From contig NC_087245.1 of assembly GCF_037042905.1 (NCBI RefSeq), positions 43,402,001 through 43,466,000 of the forward strand: a stretch of 64,000 nucleotides of DNA, in the 5' to 3' direction. Below are positions 27,901 through 41,239 of this stretch, piece after piece. The first letter of the stretch is position 1. Each line of letters opens with the position of its first letter. The notes below the pieces were generated by a model. That model searched no databases. It was not told the DNA's origin and saw nothing but the letters and a program-made list of their open reading frames with translations. This DNA is from Lytechinus pictus. Its lineage: Eukaryota. The translations under genes and the position numbers were made by a program.

Positions 27901-30900
27901 GCCAATGTCTTAAAAAAGAATCACATGAAAATTGTAAGAACTTCGATTTTTACGTTACACAATGAGCAACGAATATGGCATTTTACTCATAGGTATGAAA
28001 ATAGCATTTCTGCCATCTAAAAATGTCTCATGAAATGAAAATTACCATAGAATTGAAAACATATATCCTTATCATTAGTTTTGATGAATCCCCATAAGTG
28101 GATGTCACTTTTTTAAATTTCATTATGAGATTATACATGTGTGCCTGAAAATGGTTGTGATGTGAATAAAATAAAACAAAAAATGTGTTAAATTGGATGA
28201 ATTTACAGATTTTACAGAAAAATAGAATATCTAAGGGAGAATTTCAGGGGCGAAATTGCTCCGAGCTCCTGTGTAATTTTTCCTGTTGTGAATTTTGTTT
28301 TATTTGAAGAAATCCCCTTCTCAAGTATGGAATGTGCTGACTATTGCAAGATATAACCTTTTATCTGCAGCTTCCTAATATCCACTTTGCTAAATTTGCA
28401 ATATAAGTGCTCAACTTTAGGGTTATTTTAAAATTATAATACAAAACATTGCCAAGAGAGGGCAATAGATGCCTTGCCGCATTGGAACTTTTTTAACTGC
28501 TCAAGGAATGGCAAAAATGTGCATTCTAATAGCTGGCAAAGACATCAAATAACCACTAAATTTTGGTACAAGTGGCATGTTAGAGTATACTTCAGAATAA
28601 ACTCACATTACTGACCCTTTGTCAAAGTTTTGGAAGGGTTTTAACATATTGGCTTCAGATGCACAATCTCATTCATAACATAACTTATAATCTAAAAATG
28701 TAATTTGTTAGAAGCAATTTATCTGATCATGGCTAAAAAAATAAATAAAAGGAAACCATCACAATAAAGGAAGAAACTGACCTCATTGACCCAGCTAACA
28801 ATCTTGTCATCTACAGGAGGAGGCTGGTGTGGTTGCTGAGGGGGCACCTTAGGCAGCTCTTCTCTGACATACTGATTGTTATTACTCTCCTCCGTCACAG
28901 CTAATGAAAGAAAAAAAATGGTTTTGTTTGAATCATCCCTTCTTTCTACTCAATACTTAACTCAGAAAACAAGTCTTAGGACTCAATTCAAAGCATTAGT
29001 AGACCTAAACTTATTTTTTGCCAAATGAAGGTACCAGTATATTTGATCATTTGAGCCCACACCATACAAATCTCAGAATGCATAAAAGATTCACAGGAAC
29101 CACATGAAACTTCTTTGGTAAGGGGGGGGGGGGACCATATTATGGTGCCAAACAATCTGAGCAAGTACTCCCCAAGAACATCCCATTTAATTAAACGCCC
29201 TGCTGACAAAGTCATAAAGTTAAAATATTATTTTACAATAAAAGTTTAAAGGAAAAGCAAAACATTTACATTTTATTCTTCAATTTGTTAAAACATATTT
29301 TAATATGACAAGATCAGTTCCAACATTTTTCTGCCATGGTCCTTGTACATGTAAAAGGGGGAGGGGATATTAACGAGTGGAGCGCCTCTGGCAGTCTTAC
29401 CTGCATCACGGGATTCAATATAGCAGCAGTGCTGACTTTGAAAACTACAATAAAATAATTACTCACAAAAAACACAGTTCATATAATGATACAATACTAC
29501 GTTCATTGACAATAAATGATATTTGACCTTGATCATGCCACCCAAGACTTGTCAGTGATACTTGATTACCCCTATATCCACATTTTCTATAAACTTTGAA
29601 AGTTATGACAGCAATCTAACAATTACCTCCAAAATGGCCAAAGTTCATTGACCTTAAATGACCTTTGACTTTGGTCATGTGACCTCAAACTCGCATGAAA
29701 TGTTTAGTGATACTTGATTACTCTTATGTCCAAGTTTTATGAACTACAGTGCATCCCCCCAAACATATACACTTTTGAAATGGCTGCAAAATAAAAAAAT
29801 ATATCACTTTGGGGGGAAAGACTTTCATAAATGGAAAGCCAATAAAGTCAACTTTCAAATGACACCAAAAAGTTGGAAAACTATTCATGCTTGAGTGAGC
29901 ACTGCCCATTGAAACAAAGGGTATGAAAATTAGGCTGGGCTGGAATTTCTTTCAGGTTTGTTTGGAACTTGCAAAGTTTTATTATGAATTAATGATCAAT
30001 TGTGATCAGTTTGTTGTTTGAGAAAATTTCATGCATTATTAAATCGAAGTTTCCTGCAGGAGTGATCATGAATTGCAAGGTTTGTGCAGCATTTTGACTT
30101 TATCATGTGGATCTCAGCAATGTGTTCATGAGAGTCAGGAGAATAGGGGGTAAGATAAGACTTAAGTAGGTGAAGTACGTTGATGGGATAAAGGTCAACA
30201 GAACAATTAGCAACCCCTCCCCCCCCCCCCCATTTCTCTCCTGAGAGACTAAGCTCGGCTAGGCTGGGCAGGAATTAGCCTTACAGTTTTTTGAGTGGTT
30301 AGTCCATAGAGCTATTACAAAAGGAGAACCATCTTCCAATTCCTCTGTTAATCCTTTGTTATCGCTTCCTTCAGGCGAAGGAACAATATCTAACATCAAT
30401 CGGCGAGCCCGCCAGGCGAAAGTTAGAGCCCGCTTACATAACGCGATAAGCCCGCTCGTAAAATCTGAGGTCAGAGATTTTTTGAAGGTCCCTGCGAGGC
30501 ACCGCCGTAAACGACGTTCTCCCACATAACTTCTCTTCGAGCTCAGTTTTTTTTCAAAATCGAAACACGACTTGCTGTACTTCCAACATCCATATCTCTT
30601 CGTACGGATTCCTGATGTACGTCTTTTATGTATGGTCGAACTTCTGAGATGATCCCCTTTGCATACATACCAAATATGTTACAATCTCATTCGACTCAAC
30701 AAAATTACAAACGGAGAAAGTTGGAGATTGGTCATTTTAGGTATGTCTGTCTTTCTTCCGTAGTTAAATCTTTCCCTGCTCGTACCTCTTTAGAAATTAT
30801 AATAACGTGAAAAAGCATACTTTGAGCTTAATTTTTATGCAAAGATCATTTGCGTGATTACAATGGCCTTGAAAATATAACGACGAATCTGCGGGGCATT

Positions 30901-33900
30901 TTTACGTCGATTGATGCATCGTCGAGTATCTTCCGGTGCCCCACGTACTCCTATTTGTGTAAGTTGAAGGTGACTGTGATGCTTGAACTCCGAGCTCGCG
31001 CGCTCAGCTCATTCACACAGTACAGGCCTCAGCTCCGGGCCGTTTCGGAAAAATACAAGGATTGACGCACTTGAAGAGATAGATCTAGACCTAACTTTTA
31101 TGATATTTCGTTGATTATGATCTGTAAATTTTATTTATATTAATATTACCCATTTGGTCCGAATGACGGCGTTTTAAATTGCATTTGATCAACTTTCCCA
31201 ATCAGTTTTAGGGCTGATTTACGGGCGGCATGCGCCTGTAAGTGTGAAAGTGCCGTGATGGACCACCCTGCTGTGAGGGGATTAGCGGTGCCGCGCATGG
31301 GGCAAAGCGTTCGAGAGAGTCAGTCCTCCTTCTGTAATAGCTCTATGGTTAGTCCTTTGGAACTTGCAAAGCTAAGGGTGTTATGCTAAATTAATGAGTG
31401 AGATAAGTTTTGGTTTCTTAGGCAAATTTCATGAGTTACTAAATTGAAATTTGACGCATGAATGAACAGGAATTGTAATTTTAGTGTAGCATATTCATCT
31501 TGTGGACCTCAGTAGTGTGTTTGTGAGAGTCAGAGTAATGTGATGGTACCTGTTACAAGCAAGAGGGCGGGATATGGTAAGACTTGGTTAAAAGGGTATT
31601 CCTCTTCTTTTTCTCCTTTTACAAATTAAAAGTCATATGTACCCCCCCTCCACCTCCATATCCCAGGCTCTCTCACTTCCTGGATTGTAGCCTATTCAAA
31701 ACATAACTGCCAAGTGACCAGTGGCTGATGGTCAGGTTTTTTTTTATTGAATGATTACAAAGAAATGGACTGATTATGATGATTTATGAAATAATTTATT
31801 GAAAAAATGAATGTTTGATTGATCACATTGCACATTGAATGAGTTGATTTATTGATAAATTGATTAAACGATTGATAGGAAAAAAAGTTGATGCCCCAAT
31901 TCAGAATTTATCATTAAATCAACATTCTGCTCTGTACTGCTTCACGCGTACATGACAATAGCAATCAGTCTCTCAACAGGAGGGGAGGGCGGGAGAGAGG
32001 GGGGGGGGCTAAAATGTTCATTTGACCCATCAACCTACTTCTTCCACTTAAGTCCTATCTCACCCCCTATTCTCCCTACTCCCACGAACACATTGCTGAG
32101 ATCCACATGATAAAGTTAAAATGCTGCCCAAAAAGTGTAATTTGTGTTCACTCATGCATTAAAGTTCAATTTAAGAATTTATGAAATTCGCTTAAACAAC
32201 CAAAACTGGTCACGGTTGATCATTAATTTATCACAACGCCCCTTACTTTGCAAGTTCCAAATGATTTGCCTCTCAAAAACCGACATAAATTGGAAGGCTA
32301 ATTCCGGCCCAGCCTAATTTTCATACCCTTTGTTTCAGTGGGCAGTGCTCGCTCAAGCATGAATAGTTTTCCAGCTTTTTGGTGTCATTTGAAAGTGGAC
32401 TTTATTGGCTTCCATATACATACTGTATGCAAGTGTTTTCCCCCCCAAAGTGATATATTTTTTATTAGGCAGCCATTTCAAAAGTGCATAGTTTTTTGGG
32501 GGATGCACTGTAGATCCATACACTTTCAGAGTTATGATGGTTATTCTACAGAAACCCCAACATGGCCAAAGTCCATTGGCCTTTGACCTTGGTCATGTGA
32601 CCTGAAACTCGCACAAGATGTTCAGTGATACTTGATTACTTTCATGTGCAAGTTCAGATCCATAAACGTTCAAAGTTATAATGGTAATTCAACAAATAAC
32701 CCCAACATGGCCAAAAATCATTGACCTTTGACATTGGTCATGTGACCTGAAACTCGCACAGGATGTTCAGTGATACCTGATTACTCTTATGTCCAAGATT
32801 TATGACTTAGACCAATACACTTACAGAGTTATGATAGTAATTCAACAAATACCCCAAACATGGCCAAAGTTCATTGACCTTAAATGACCTTGACCTTGGT
32901 CATGTGACCTGAAACTTGCACAGGATGTTCAGTGATACTTGATTACTCTTATGTCCAAGTTTTTTTAATCAGATCCATAAACTTTCGAAGTTATGATGGT
33001 AATTCAACAAATACCCCCAACTTGGCAAAAGTTCATTGACCTTGGTCATGTGACCTGAAACTCCCACAGGATGTTCACTGATACTTGATTATTCTTATGT
33101 CCAAGTTATATGAATCAGATCCATAAACATTCAAAGTTATGATTGTAATTCAGCAAATACCCCCAAATTGGTCAAAGTTCATTGACCCTAAATGACCTTT
33201 GACCTTGGTCATGTGACTTGAAACTCAGGCAGGATGTTCAGTAATACTTGATTACCCATATGGCCAAGTTTCATGAACTAGGTCCATATACTTTCAAAGT
33301 TATGACGAAATCTTAAAAACTTAACCTTAGGTTAAGATTTGATGTTGACGCCGCCGTCGGAAAAGCGGGGCCTGTAGTATCACACTGCTATGCAGGTGAG
33401 ACAAAACCTACAAACTATAAATGCTTACTGAATTGGTGGTATGTTCCTTCCTTTAAGTCCCGAGGATTACATATCCTCTAAAAACTATAAAGGTGGACTC
33501 TCAATGATGTGCAGCAAAAATGTAGGCCTCCATCCTTTACCAGATCTTCCACCTAAACTTTTCAAAACTTTCTCATAATCCTATCAGATTGTCACTCTCA
33601 GATGAATTCATGAACTAAACTTATCACTCATTTATCTATTCGACAAAAAAATTATGCACACATGAGCAAAGTTTGTAGTATATTCCTCAAATGGTTCCCC
33701 ATTATCACAAGAACGTGATATTTAAATTTATGTATAAATAACCTCTAATCTTGACACCCTCAAAACAAATCGGATCAATATCAATCCTATGTGCCTACTC
33801 GGATGAAATTTTAAGTAGATCTATTCAATACTTCAGAACAAGATAAAAACTTGTGGTCTTTGATCTTGAAACCCACTAACTGTTCAGATTACTCTGACAC

Positions 33901-36900
33901 AAGCATACCTGGACCAAAATTTGAAGTATATCAGTTAACAGATTATTTATTTATCGTCAGAACGAAAATGGAATGGATGAACAGACATCCCCAAAATATG
34001 CTGTTTGGCCAATCACCTATGTTTGGTGGAGCGGAGCCATTAAAACAATTGTAAACTTAAGTCTGTTATTTCTAAAAATCATGCCATGTTTCTTACGGTA
34101 GTCACTGTCTGATCTGCTTCTTTCTTCATGAGATGAAGGCTCGGGTGAATCTTCACCAGCACTCCCAGTACTGTGAACCTGTCTCCTGAATCTTGGTGGT
34201 AACTCATACGAACTGGAGTGTTGGTGTTGATGATGATGATGTGTCTTTGGCTACAGTAATTCAACAAAAAACGGAGAGAATTAGTATCATAGGAGATAAG
34301 AAATGAGGTATAAATGATCTTAAAATGTATTCAAAATGCATTCACATCTGTTTTAAACCATATAATTCAAACATAGCTCATGCAATACATGTATCTGCAT
34401 CGAGTCAAAAAGAAAAAATATAATTTAGGAACACTTAAAAATATTCCAACTACATTAATATCACCAAAAAAAATGGGGGAACAAATCTGATAAACACTGT
34501 GTATAACAAGGCAAAAGCCATTTTGTGTCTCGCCCACTTATTAAAATAACCAGAAATATTGTGATTTGCGAGGGCATGCAACAGAATTGTATCGAAACTT
34601 CGTTGTGAAATGACTGGGATGGAATATCACTTGTCATAAGAGCCTTGCACGTAAACTTTAATGTTGACCTGAAAACGACCTTTGACCTTACCATGTGACC
34701 TCCGACTGTAGCATAACATGCAGGTCCCCCAAGTCCATCTACCAAGTTTGGTTGAAAAGTGACTTACGGTTGTGGAGTTAGGTGTCATAAGAGAGTCTTG
34801 CGTGTAAACTTTAACGTTGACCTGAAAATGACCTTTGACCTTACCATGTGACCTCCGACTGCAGCATAACATGCAGGTCCCCCAAGTCCATCTACCATCC
34901 AAGTTTGGTTGAAAAGCGACTTACGGTTGTGGAGTTATGTGTCATTAGGTTTGTGACGGACGGACGACATTTGGATCCCTAAGTCTCGCCTTCTCCTCCG
35001 GTGGGCGAGACAAAAATGTAAACTTCCACAATTTCATTTATCAAGAGTTTAACTTATCCACTGAAAAGTAGCAATTCAATCACATCTATCAATATTAATC
35101 ATGTAATAATAATATGTTCCATTTGTATAGCACAGCTACTATATTTGCATACTCTACTGCCCTTGATACTTGGTATCATATCATTACCCTGGCTGTAGCT
35201 GAGCTACCGCATAGGCGCTAAAGCATTCAAGAAATAAATCCTACCGGGTACCCATTCACCTCACGTGGGTCGAGTGCAGCACAGTGTGGGCAAATTACTT
35301 GCTGAACGAAAACACGCCATGGCTAGTATTCGAACCCACATCCCTCTGATTGAAAGACAAGAGTCGTAACCACTAGACCACGACACCCCCCCCCCCCCCA
35401 AGTACAAGTGAAGTGACGCTTGCCCAGTTCCACTCTGCCTGAAGGAACGTCGGTGACTGCCTATGTCCCAGGAGATGCGATAGGCGAAAGTACATGTAAG
35501 TAAGTACAAGTGAAATGAAGAATTTAAATGATGTAGATTTAAAATACACCCAAAAGTATTAATTAATGTAGAAAGTACATGTACTTCACCTCTTGATTAC
35601 GCCTCTGAGAGTTTGCAGAAGATCTATTTCCAGAATTCTGAGGATTTGAGTTCCAGACTTCACCACCCCCGCCACTGCGTTGAGTCCTCTGATGAGGACC
35701 ACTGCGAGGACGATCATTCTTTGAGGCGATATCATTTCTCTGATAGGTACCACTATGAGGACCAGTGTTTCGTTGATAAGGACCACTGGAAGGCCCTGGA
35801 GCATTCCTTCCTGGAGGATAATTGGTGAACTTCTTTGGTGGATACTGCTGTTGCGAGTGAAAACCGGGCTTGGGGCGGGGTGGAGGTCTGTAAGATCGGT
35901 TACCAGATCGACCAGAATATTTGGGCAGACGTGCAGGCTTGCTCTGTGTATTTTAAACAAAATGCAATCGATTTTGAGCAAATTACAGGTATGTGCCCTG
36001 TTATATTAGGGAAAAAAAATTGATGACATTTACACATGTACTTAAATTCAAGTCCCCAAGTGCTAGATAGTTCAGTTCATGGATAACTTTAATCTGAACT
36101 GTGACACTGCATTGATCACATGATCTTGGTTGGAACAATGTACCTATCATCAAAACAACTTCCAAGATATATCAATCAACTGATGTTTGTTCTTCTGTGT
36201 GTATTACAAGATTCATGACTTGAATGTCTCAAGGGCAGTATCAAAGTATGCTTTAACAAAAAACAACAACCAAAAAAAAAAAAAACTTTTCAAAAGTAGC
36301 CTAGGTTTAGGAATGAGTACCTACATGTAGTATCTAAGGAGCAACAAAATTTAATCCATCTGAGGTACGGGTACAGTTAACACAAAATGTGTTGTAGAAT
36401 CAATTACTGCACATGTATAGTTTGTTACAAAAATAAGCTTGTACTTGCTTTTTGAATATCAATTTCACTGTGATGGGCAAAATATCAAATTCAGAGAACA
36501 TTTCATCTAAGATACAAGACTGTCAAGGAAATGCAAACAAATTTTTACCAAATTTAGTTAAGTGGTGCATCTGTTTCAGTTGTCACTTCTCCCATTAGCA
36601 ACTTAGGTGAAGTGAAAACTCAGATTGTCCCTCATTCTTGATTTAAGTGAAAACAAAAACTACATTGGTGATACAAGTTCCCTGATTCATATACAATGAA
36701 ATATTGAAGGATTTACTTTATTCAAAGAGGACAGTAATCAGAAACCTTCGCAAACAGTAATGCATAATCACCTTCTTCTTTGTAGCCTTCTGTTTTTTGA
36801 CTAGGCGATCCACATGCTTGGTTTCCTCATTTGCTACACCCATACAAACAGTATTGCCAGTCGATGGGTCTCTGAATGGAATAAGACAAAAACATGAGAT

Positions 36901-39900
36901 GTGACAAGAGGGTCAATGTCACAAACGGGGTCCTGTTTCAAAAAAACTATTTTAATGTGATAACAGGTTTACTATCAGCCAATCAAATTGAATGATTTCA
37001 GTAGCTTTTCACTGCAATTGCAACTTTGTTAATAACATAAGTTTAATGAAACAGGCTCCATGATCTGAAACATTAAACATTGATTGATGGCCATCTCAAT
37101 CTTACTGGACCTCATGGCTTTTATCCAGTAACTTGAAAATAAATCTTCACTATCCTATTTTTGTACCAGGGAAAAAAATTCGCAGGACAATTTCGCCCCT
37201 GAAATGCTCAGAAAGAGCCCTGGAAAGTGAAGGAGCCACTAAAATCCTCATTCACTGCAACTGTGGGCAGGACATAGAAGAATGTAAACAGGGGCACACT
37301 TTGGCCCGAATTCACAAAGGTGGTTTTTTAAACCATTAGTTGAACCCATGGTTTATGCAGATTTCCTGTAAAAATTATGCTTATATACCAAGTATATCAA
37401 TAAACGTCCAATGCTGATGCGCGCTTTTGTCACAGTGCGCCAAATTGACGCCTGTTACAATGGTTATCCACACAATTTTATTCATGTGTCCACTGTTTTG
37501 AATTAATGAGTCCAATTTTCAAACAGTGGACTCATGAATAAAATAGCATTCTTGACCATGGCAACAGGCGTCAATTTGGAGCACTGTGACAAAAGCGCGC
37601 ATTAGCATTGTACTTTTTTTTAATATACGCGGTAAATAAGCGTAGTTTTATACAGGAAATCTGTATTAAACCATGAGTTCAAGCGATGGTTTTAAAAAAC
37701 ACTTTTGTAAATTTGGACCTTTACATGTATATCTGATCATATACAGTGTAGGTGAGGTACATTTTCAAATAGTGAATATTATTCCTAGGAATACATGTAC
37801 TTGCTCAACCCACCTCTTTATTTGACAGACTGTCGGCATGGTACGTAGATAGGCCTCCAGATTCTTAAAGCCATTTTCTCGATATGGGATATCTTGACCC
37901 AGGAGATCTTTGAACTCATCTATAAAAAAGAGAAAGGAAGATGCAGAGCAGTGCAAAAATTTGTGCACACAAGAGGATCATAAAATACATCTATTGACTT
38001 GGTCATCTATTGACTATTGACGTATTGACTTTAAAATGCAAGCCCCCCCCCCCTCAAAATGATAATTTGAATAAAGAAAATGTAAATGAGCAAAATACTG
38101 ACAACTTTACAACAACAAAAAACAAGTGGAGCACCTCTGGCAGTCTCACCTGCATTATGCGATTCAATATAGCAGCAGTGCTGACTTTGAATTATAAAAT
38201 AATTATTCACAAAAAACACTATTCATATAACAATGACACAATACTACGTTCATTGACCCTATGATATTTGACCTTGATTATGTGACCTAAGGCTTGTCAG
38301 TAATACTTTATTACCCCTATGTCCACATTATATAAACTATATCCCTAAACTTCTAAAGTTATGATGACAGTTCCACAAATACCCCCAACATTACCAAAGT
38401 TTGTTGACCCTAAATTACCTTTGACCTTGGTCATGTGACCTGAAACTCACACAGGATGTTCAAGGGTACTTGATTGCTCTTTTGTCCAAGTTACATGAAT
38501 TAGATCCATAAAATTTGAAAGCTATGATGACAATTCCTCAAATAAGCCCAACATAGCCAAAGTTTGTTGACCCTATAAAGTGACCTTTGACCTTAATCAT
38601 GTGACCTGAAACTCAGGCAGTATCTTCAGTGATACACTATTACCCTTATGTCTGAGTTTTATGAACTAGGTCCATATAATTTCGAAGTTATGCCAACATT
38701 TCAAAAAGTTAACATTGGTTAAGATTTTGATATTGATTCCCCCAACATGGTCTAAGTTCATTGACCTTAAATGACCGTTGACCTTGGTCATCTGACCTGA
38801 AACTCGGGCAGAATGTTCAGTAATACTTGATTACTCTTATGTAAAAGTTTCATGAACTAGGTCCATATACTTTTTAAGTTATGATGACATTTCAAAAACT
38901 TAACCTTGGTTAAGATTTCAATGTTGACGACGACGCCGCCGCCGTCGTCGCCACCGCCGCCGGAAAAGCGGTGCCTATAGTCTCGCTCTGCTATGCAGGC
39001 GAGACAAAAAAAAAAAAAAATGATCTCGTGCATTTTTTGAGCTGCACGTTAAAAGGTAGTTAGAAAATAGTATTCTAGTGTTTTTCTCGTTGGTTTCATG
39101 CCAATACCTATCAGGGTTTTTGATTCCCAAGCAAAAAACTAAAAACGACGTCATCCAGAGCTGTTGAATATTTACGTTTCTGACGATCTTTTCCATCACG
39201 TGGTTACGATTCCTCATAAATATTAATGAATCAGTAGCATGGCGCGACGCGTGACTTTTACGTCTAGTCTCAAATACAGTCGTTTTATTGAGAATATTTA
39301 GAGAAATACCCTCGCTGCCACGTAAAGTGAGGAAAATCAATCGAATTGAAAAAATAAGACTGGATATTAGTCTAAATTATTTATGAATGGAATTTTCCAC
39401 AACATGTGAGGGTGCCATGAGCCTATAATTACATCAGGAGGGCTAAAGATATTCGTTCGACCCAACCCATTCGAATTTTTAAAATTTGATATTGCTGATT
39501 GACAAAAGTGTATGAATATGATTCAAAATCTAACACTGATTCTAGAAATGGTAACTACTGAACTTCCTTTGCCCAAATTGGGAAGATATATCAATGATTT
39601 GGAACTATTTTTTGACTGGCGGATGAATTGGGGCTATTTTACTGTTTCAGTTGATGAATTTGATCCCATCATAGTTATCTTCATAAATGGCGATTTATTT
39701 TTAAAATGAGCTGGCTACGATACCCTTCTCTGGTCAGATATGGAATGTCAGATATATATCCTATCCAAAGGTAGTAAACATTCAACCCTCTAATTTCACA
39801 TTTATTTTTTATGAATTTTTATGAAAGTGCCATTTTAACACACAAGTCTATGGGGAATGTTTTACGCGCGTGAGACCTGAGAGATCACATGGCACATGTG

Positions 39901-40436
39901 GCATGGCATGCAGCATTCATATGTCTCGACCCCCAAGGCCATCGAGAGACCCAGGGAATTCCCCTGATTGCCACAGGAACTTAAAGCTTATTCGATGGGC
40001 TTCAACATTCTATTTGAAGAAATAAAATTCAGAGAGGATGAGAGAGCATGAGAGAGATGGGGGGGGGGGACGATGTGGCGGGTGGAGAAAAAGATCAGGG
40101 ATTTAAATTGCTGATAATACACAAGAAAACTGTTAAACTAAAAAGCTATTTTTAAGTTAATTTGTTCTTTTACTTAGCTCTAAATTAGATATAATTGTTA
40201 TTTGTTTAGGCCTATTTTTATTACTTTTTCTACTTGCCTTTATCAAAGATTTTTCCACTGTTGCTTTTACTCTGCTTGACTCATCATTTATATTTATTTA
40301 TTTAATTTTTTTTTTGGGGGGGGTAGTTGTTACCTAGAAATTGAAGTACGCAAACATGGGTGTCTCCTGCACAATAAACCTTGACCAACTCCACCATTGC
40401 CATTGGACAATTTAGCTGCTTCTTTAGTTGACTCAT
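12961..40436 (-). CDS. TDRD7: TDRD7-like LOTUS/OST-HTH + extended Tudor protein (germ-granule/piRNA-pathway family); both ends uncertain
   Basis: Phase-consistent exons 37814-37919 (EFKDLLGQDIPYRENGFKNLEAYLRTMPTVC, LOTUS1), 36772-36871 (GVANEETKHVDRLVKKQK), 35590-35943 (low-complexity R/G/P/S), 34097-34250 (YELPPRF), 28782-28900, 27772-27908 (GGLWLSGLKKLYKEEF, LOTUS2), 22569-22676, 17613-17730, 16113-16271 (LEDDMREFY...GLYAAQMDDGWLRVKV), 15577-15672 (FLVDHGDVE...FYQLAFQ), 13182-13294 (AISCKLHGM...ALGQIRLAQVIS). Tentative first exon 40334-40436 and tentative last exon 12961-12994 give 567 codons including the stop. Confidence 0.8.
13925..15307 (-). mobile_element. HINE/DINE-like (Helentron-associated) element, family A
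   Basis: Subterminal inverted repeats GTCTCACCTGCAT / ATGCAGGTGAGAC, terminal stem-loop, (GCC)n microsatellite and a central ~120-bp tandem array (ttgacctttgaccttggtcatgtgacctgaaactc...). Ends in AA/TT context with no TSD. Confidence 0.8.
16789..17440. mobile_element. piggyBac-like MITE
   Basis: TTAA-c(a)ctaaaagga ... tccttttaggg-TTAA. Confidence 0.7.
17760..20112 (-). mobile_element. HINE-like element, family B, with ~120-bp tandem array; interrupted by a family A copy
   Basis: Begins aacaagag...ataccccc. About 9 units of gtgaccttgacctttgacctcaaaatcaataggcttcctgggatccatgctag...aggttaagttaaact. Right boundary uncertain. Confidence 0.65.
18165..19108 (-). mobile_element. HINE family A copy nested in the family B array
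   Basis: Full termini aacaagtgga...gtctcacctgcat and gtctcactctgctatgcaggtgagac. The host unit gacct|aaaat...ggcttcctggg resumes afterwards. Confidence 0.85.
20775..22440. mobile_element. Degenerate TIR element hosting a Kolobok-like insert
   Basis: gccgcacagaagcgttgttag is inverted to ctaacagcatttctgtgtggc; repeated ctaacag/tgttag motifs near both ends. Confidence 0.45.
21112..21638. mobile_element. Kolobok-like non-autonomous DNA transposon
   Basis: TTAA-AGGGGTATTCCGGGC ... GCCTGGATTACCCCT-TTAA (purine-initiated TIRs, TTAA TSD). Related fragments at ~16330-16740, ~23230-23790 and ~50600-50715. Confidence 0.7.
25002..25737. mobile_element. piggyBac-like MITE
   Basis: TTAA-CCCTATCTAGGCC ... 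GGCCTAGATAGGG-TTAA. Confidence 0.85.
25790..26130 (-). mobile_element. Old, frameshifted L2/CR1 3' fragment
   Basis: ...SRTWG...HAP..RLPEDIKNCISVGSFKNVLKSF resembles the L2 ORF2 C-terminus; followed by a tail-like sequence. Confidence 0.6.
29747..32510. mobile_element. Tc1/mariner-like non-autonomous element with long TIRs
   Basis: TA-CAGTGCATCCCCC ... GGGGGATGCACTG-TA. About 200-bp TIRs with further diverged inverted similarity inside. No transposase ORF seen. Confidence 0.85.
30305..31347. mobile_element. TIR element with 7-bp TSD (P-superfamily-like, tentative)
   Basis: GTTAGTC-CATAGAGCTATTACAAAAGGAG ... CTCCTTCTGTAATAGCTCTATG-GTTAGTC. Confidence 0.8.
34505..35011 (-). mobile_element. 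HINE-like element, family C
   Basis: Subterminal IRs GTCTCGCCCAC / GTGGGCGAGAC, terminal hairpin, (GACG)n microsatellite and two ~150-bp units containing gacctttgacct. Confidence 0.75.
35105..35385 (-). mobile_element. tRNA-derived SINE with conserved core and L2-like tail
   Basis: gtggtctagtggtt (A box), ggttcgaatac (B box), ctcgacccacgtgaggtgaatgggtacc core and tgctatacaaat...(att)n tail. Confidence 0.8.
37303..37719. mobile_element. Palindromic MITE (PIF/Harbinger-like termini, tentative)
   Basis: ggcccgaattcacaaa...tttgtaaatttggacc; the two ~200-bp halves are reverse complements of each other. Confidence 0.7.
38121..39005 (-). mobile_element. HINE family A copy
   Basis: Both termini, array and (GAC/GCC)n tract are present; flanked by A runs. 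Confidence 0.85.
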
Positions 40437-41239
40437 AAAATAAATAATATTTTCTGTCGAGATGAAAACCAGAGCTGTCTAAGTTGTAGAGGATAGAATA
40501 TGCTTTCAGTGTCAAGAATAGTCCTAGTCAAGAAGACACTGAAATCCTTACAGTATACCACAGCAGGCAGGCATGGTCACTAAAATTTAATACGCGATTA
40601 TAAATAATTATTAGTATATACTAATTATTCATAATCACGTATTAAATTTTAGTATTTGTGAAATATCAATTTTTATCTTTAAATTGTTCTTCAAAACGGC
40701 ATCGCTAGTCGGAGGTACGTCATCACGAAGCGGTTCAAGTGTCAGGTCTATTGTCTTTGCTTTGTTGACAAACGGATCGAGGGAGATCGGGTCTAGTAAG
40801 AAACGTCTCATTTTTACCATTTATAGTGAAATAATTTTTATCCCTTTATACGCATTGGGTGCCTGAAGGTTCATAGATAAAAAAAATTTGACAATACAAA
40901 CCGATTTCACCCTTTAACTATGGATTTCCTAGGGAAATCCATCTTTGTGTAGATGTGTCTCTTATACTATGGACGGGATTCAAGACTCCATGATGAAGAA
41001 ATATATGTCAAAATATTTAAAAAAAAAACATCATCATGGAGTCCTCAAGACTATGTATTGGTGAGTGGAGCCAAATGCAGTTCAGCGGAACAACCAAAAT
41101 ACAGAGACTGAAGCTTTTTGGTCTAGGAGTAAGGTAAGAAATTAAGCTTTTCTTCTTTTCAATGCCTTTTCTTCGTAATCGTATACCGTAGGCCCTACTA
41201 TAAATATAATTTTTACAATAAATTTGCATTCTTTCCCAC

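Larger units (their letters stand above)
29372..33402 (-). mobile_element. HINE family A copy, split by nested insertions
   Basis: Same termini and array as 13925-15307. The array is broken at gaacTA|gatcc by the 29747-32510 insertion. Confidence 0.85.

Noticed and set aside
30259..31065. Transposase ORFs within the nested elements
   Set aside because: Short, with no DDE, THAP or HTH motifs; one ORF crosses the TIR boundary.
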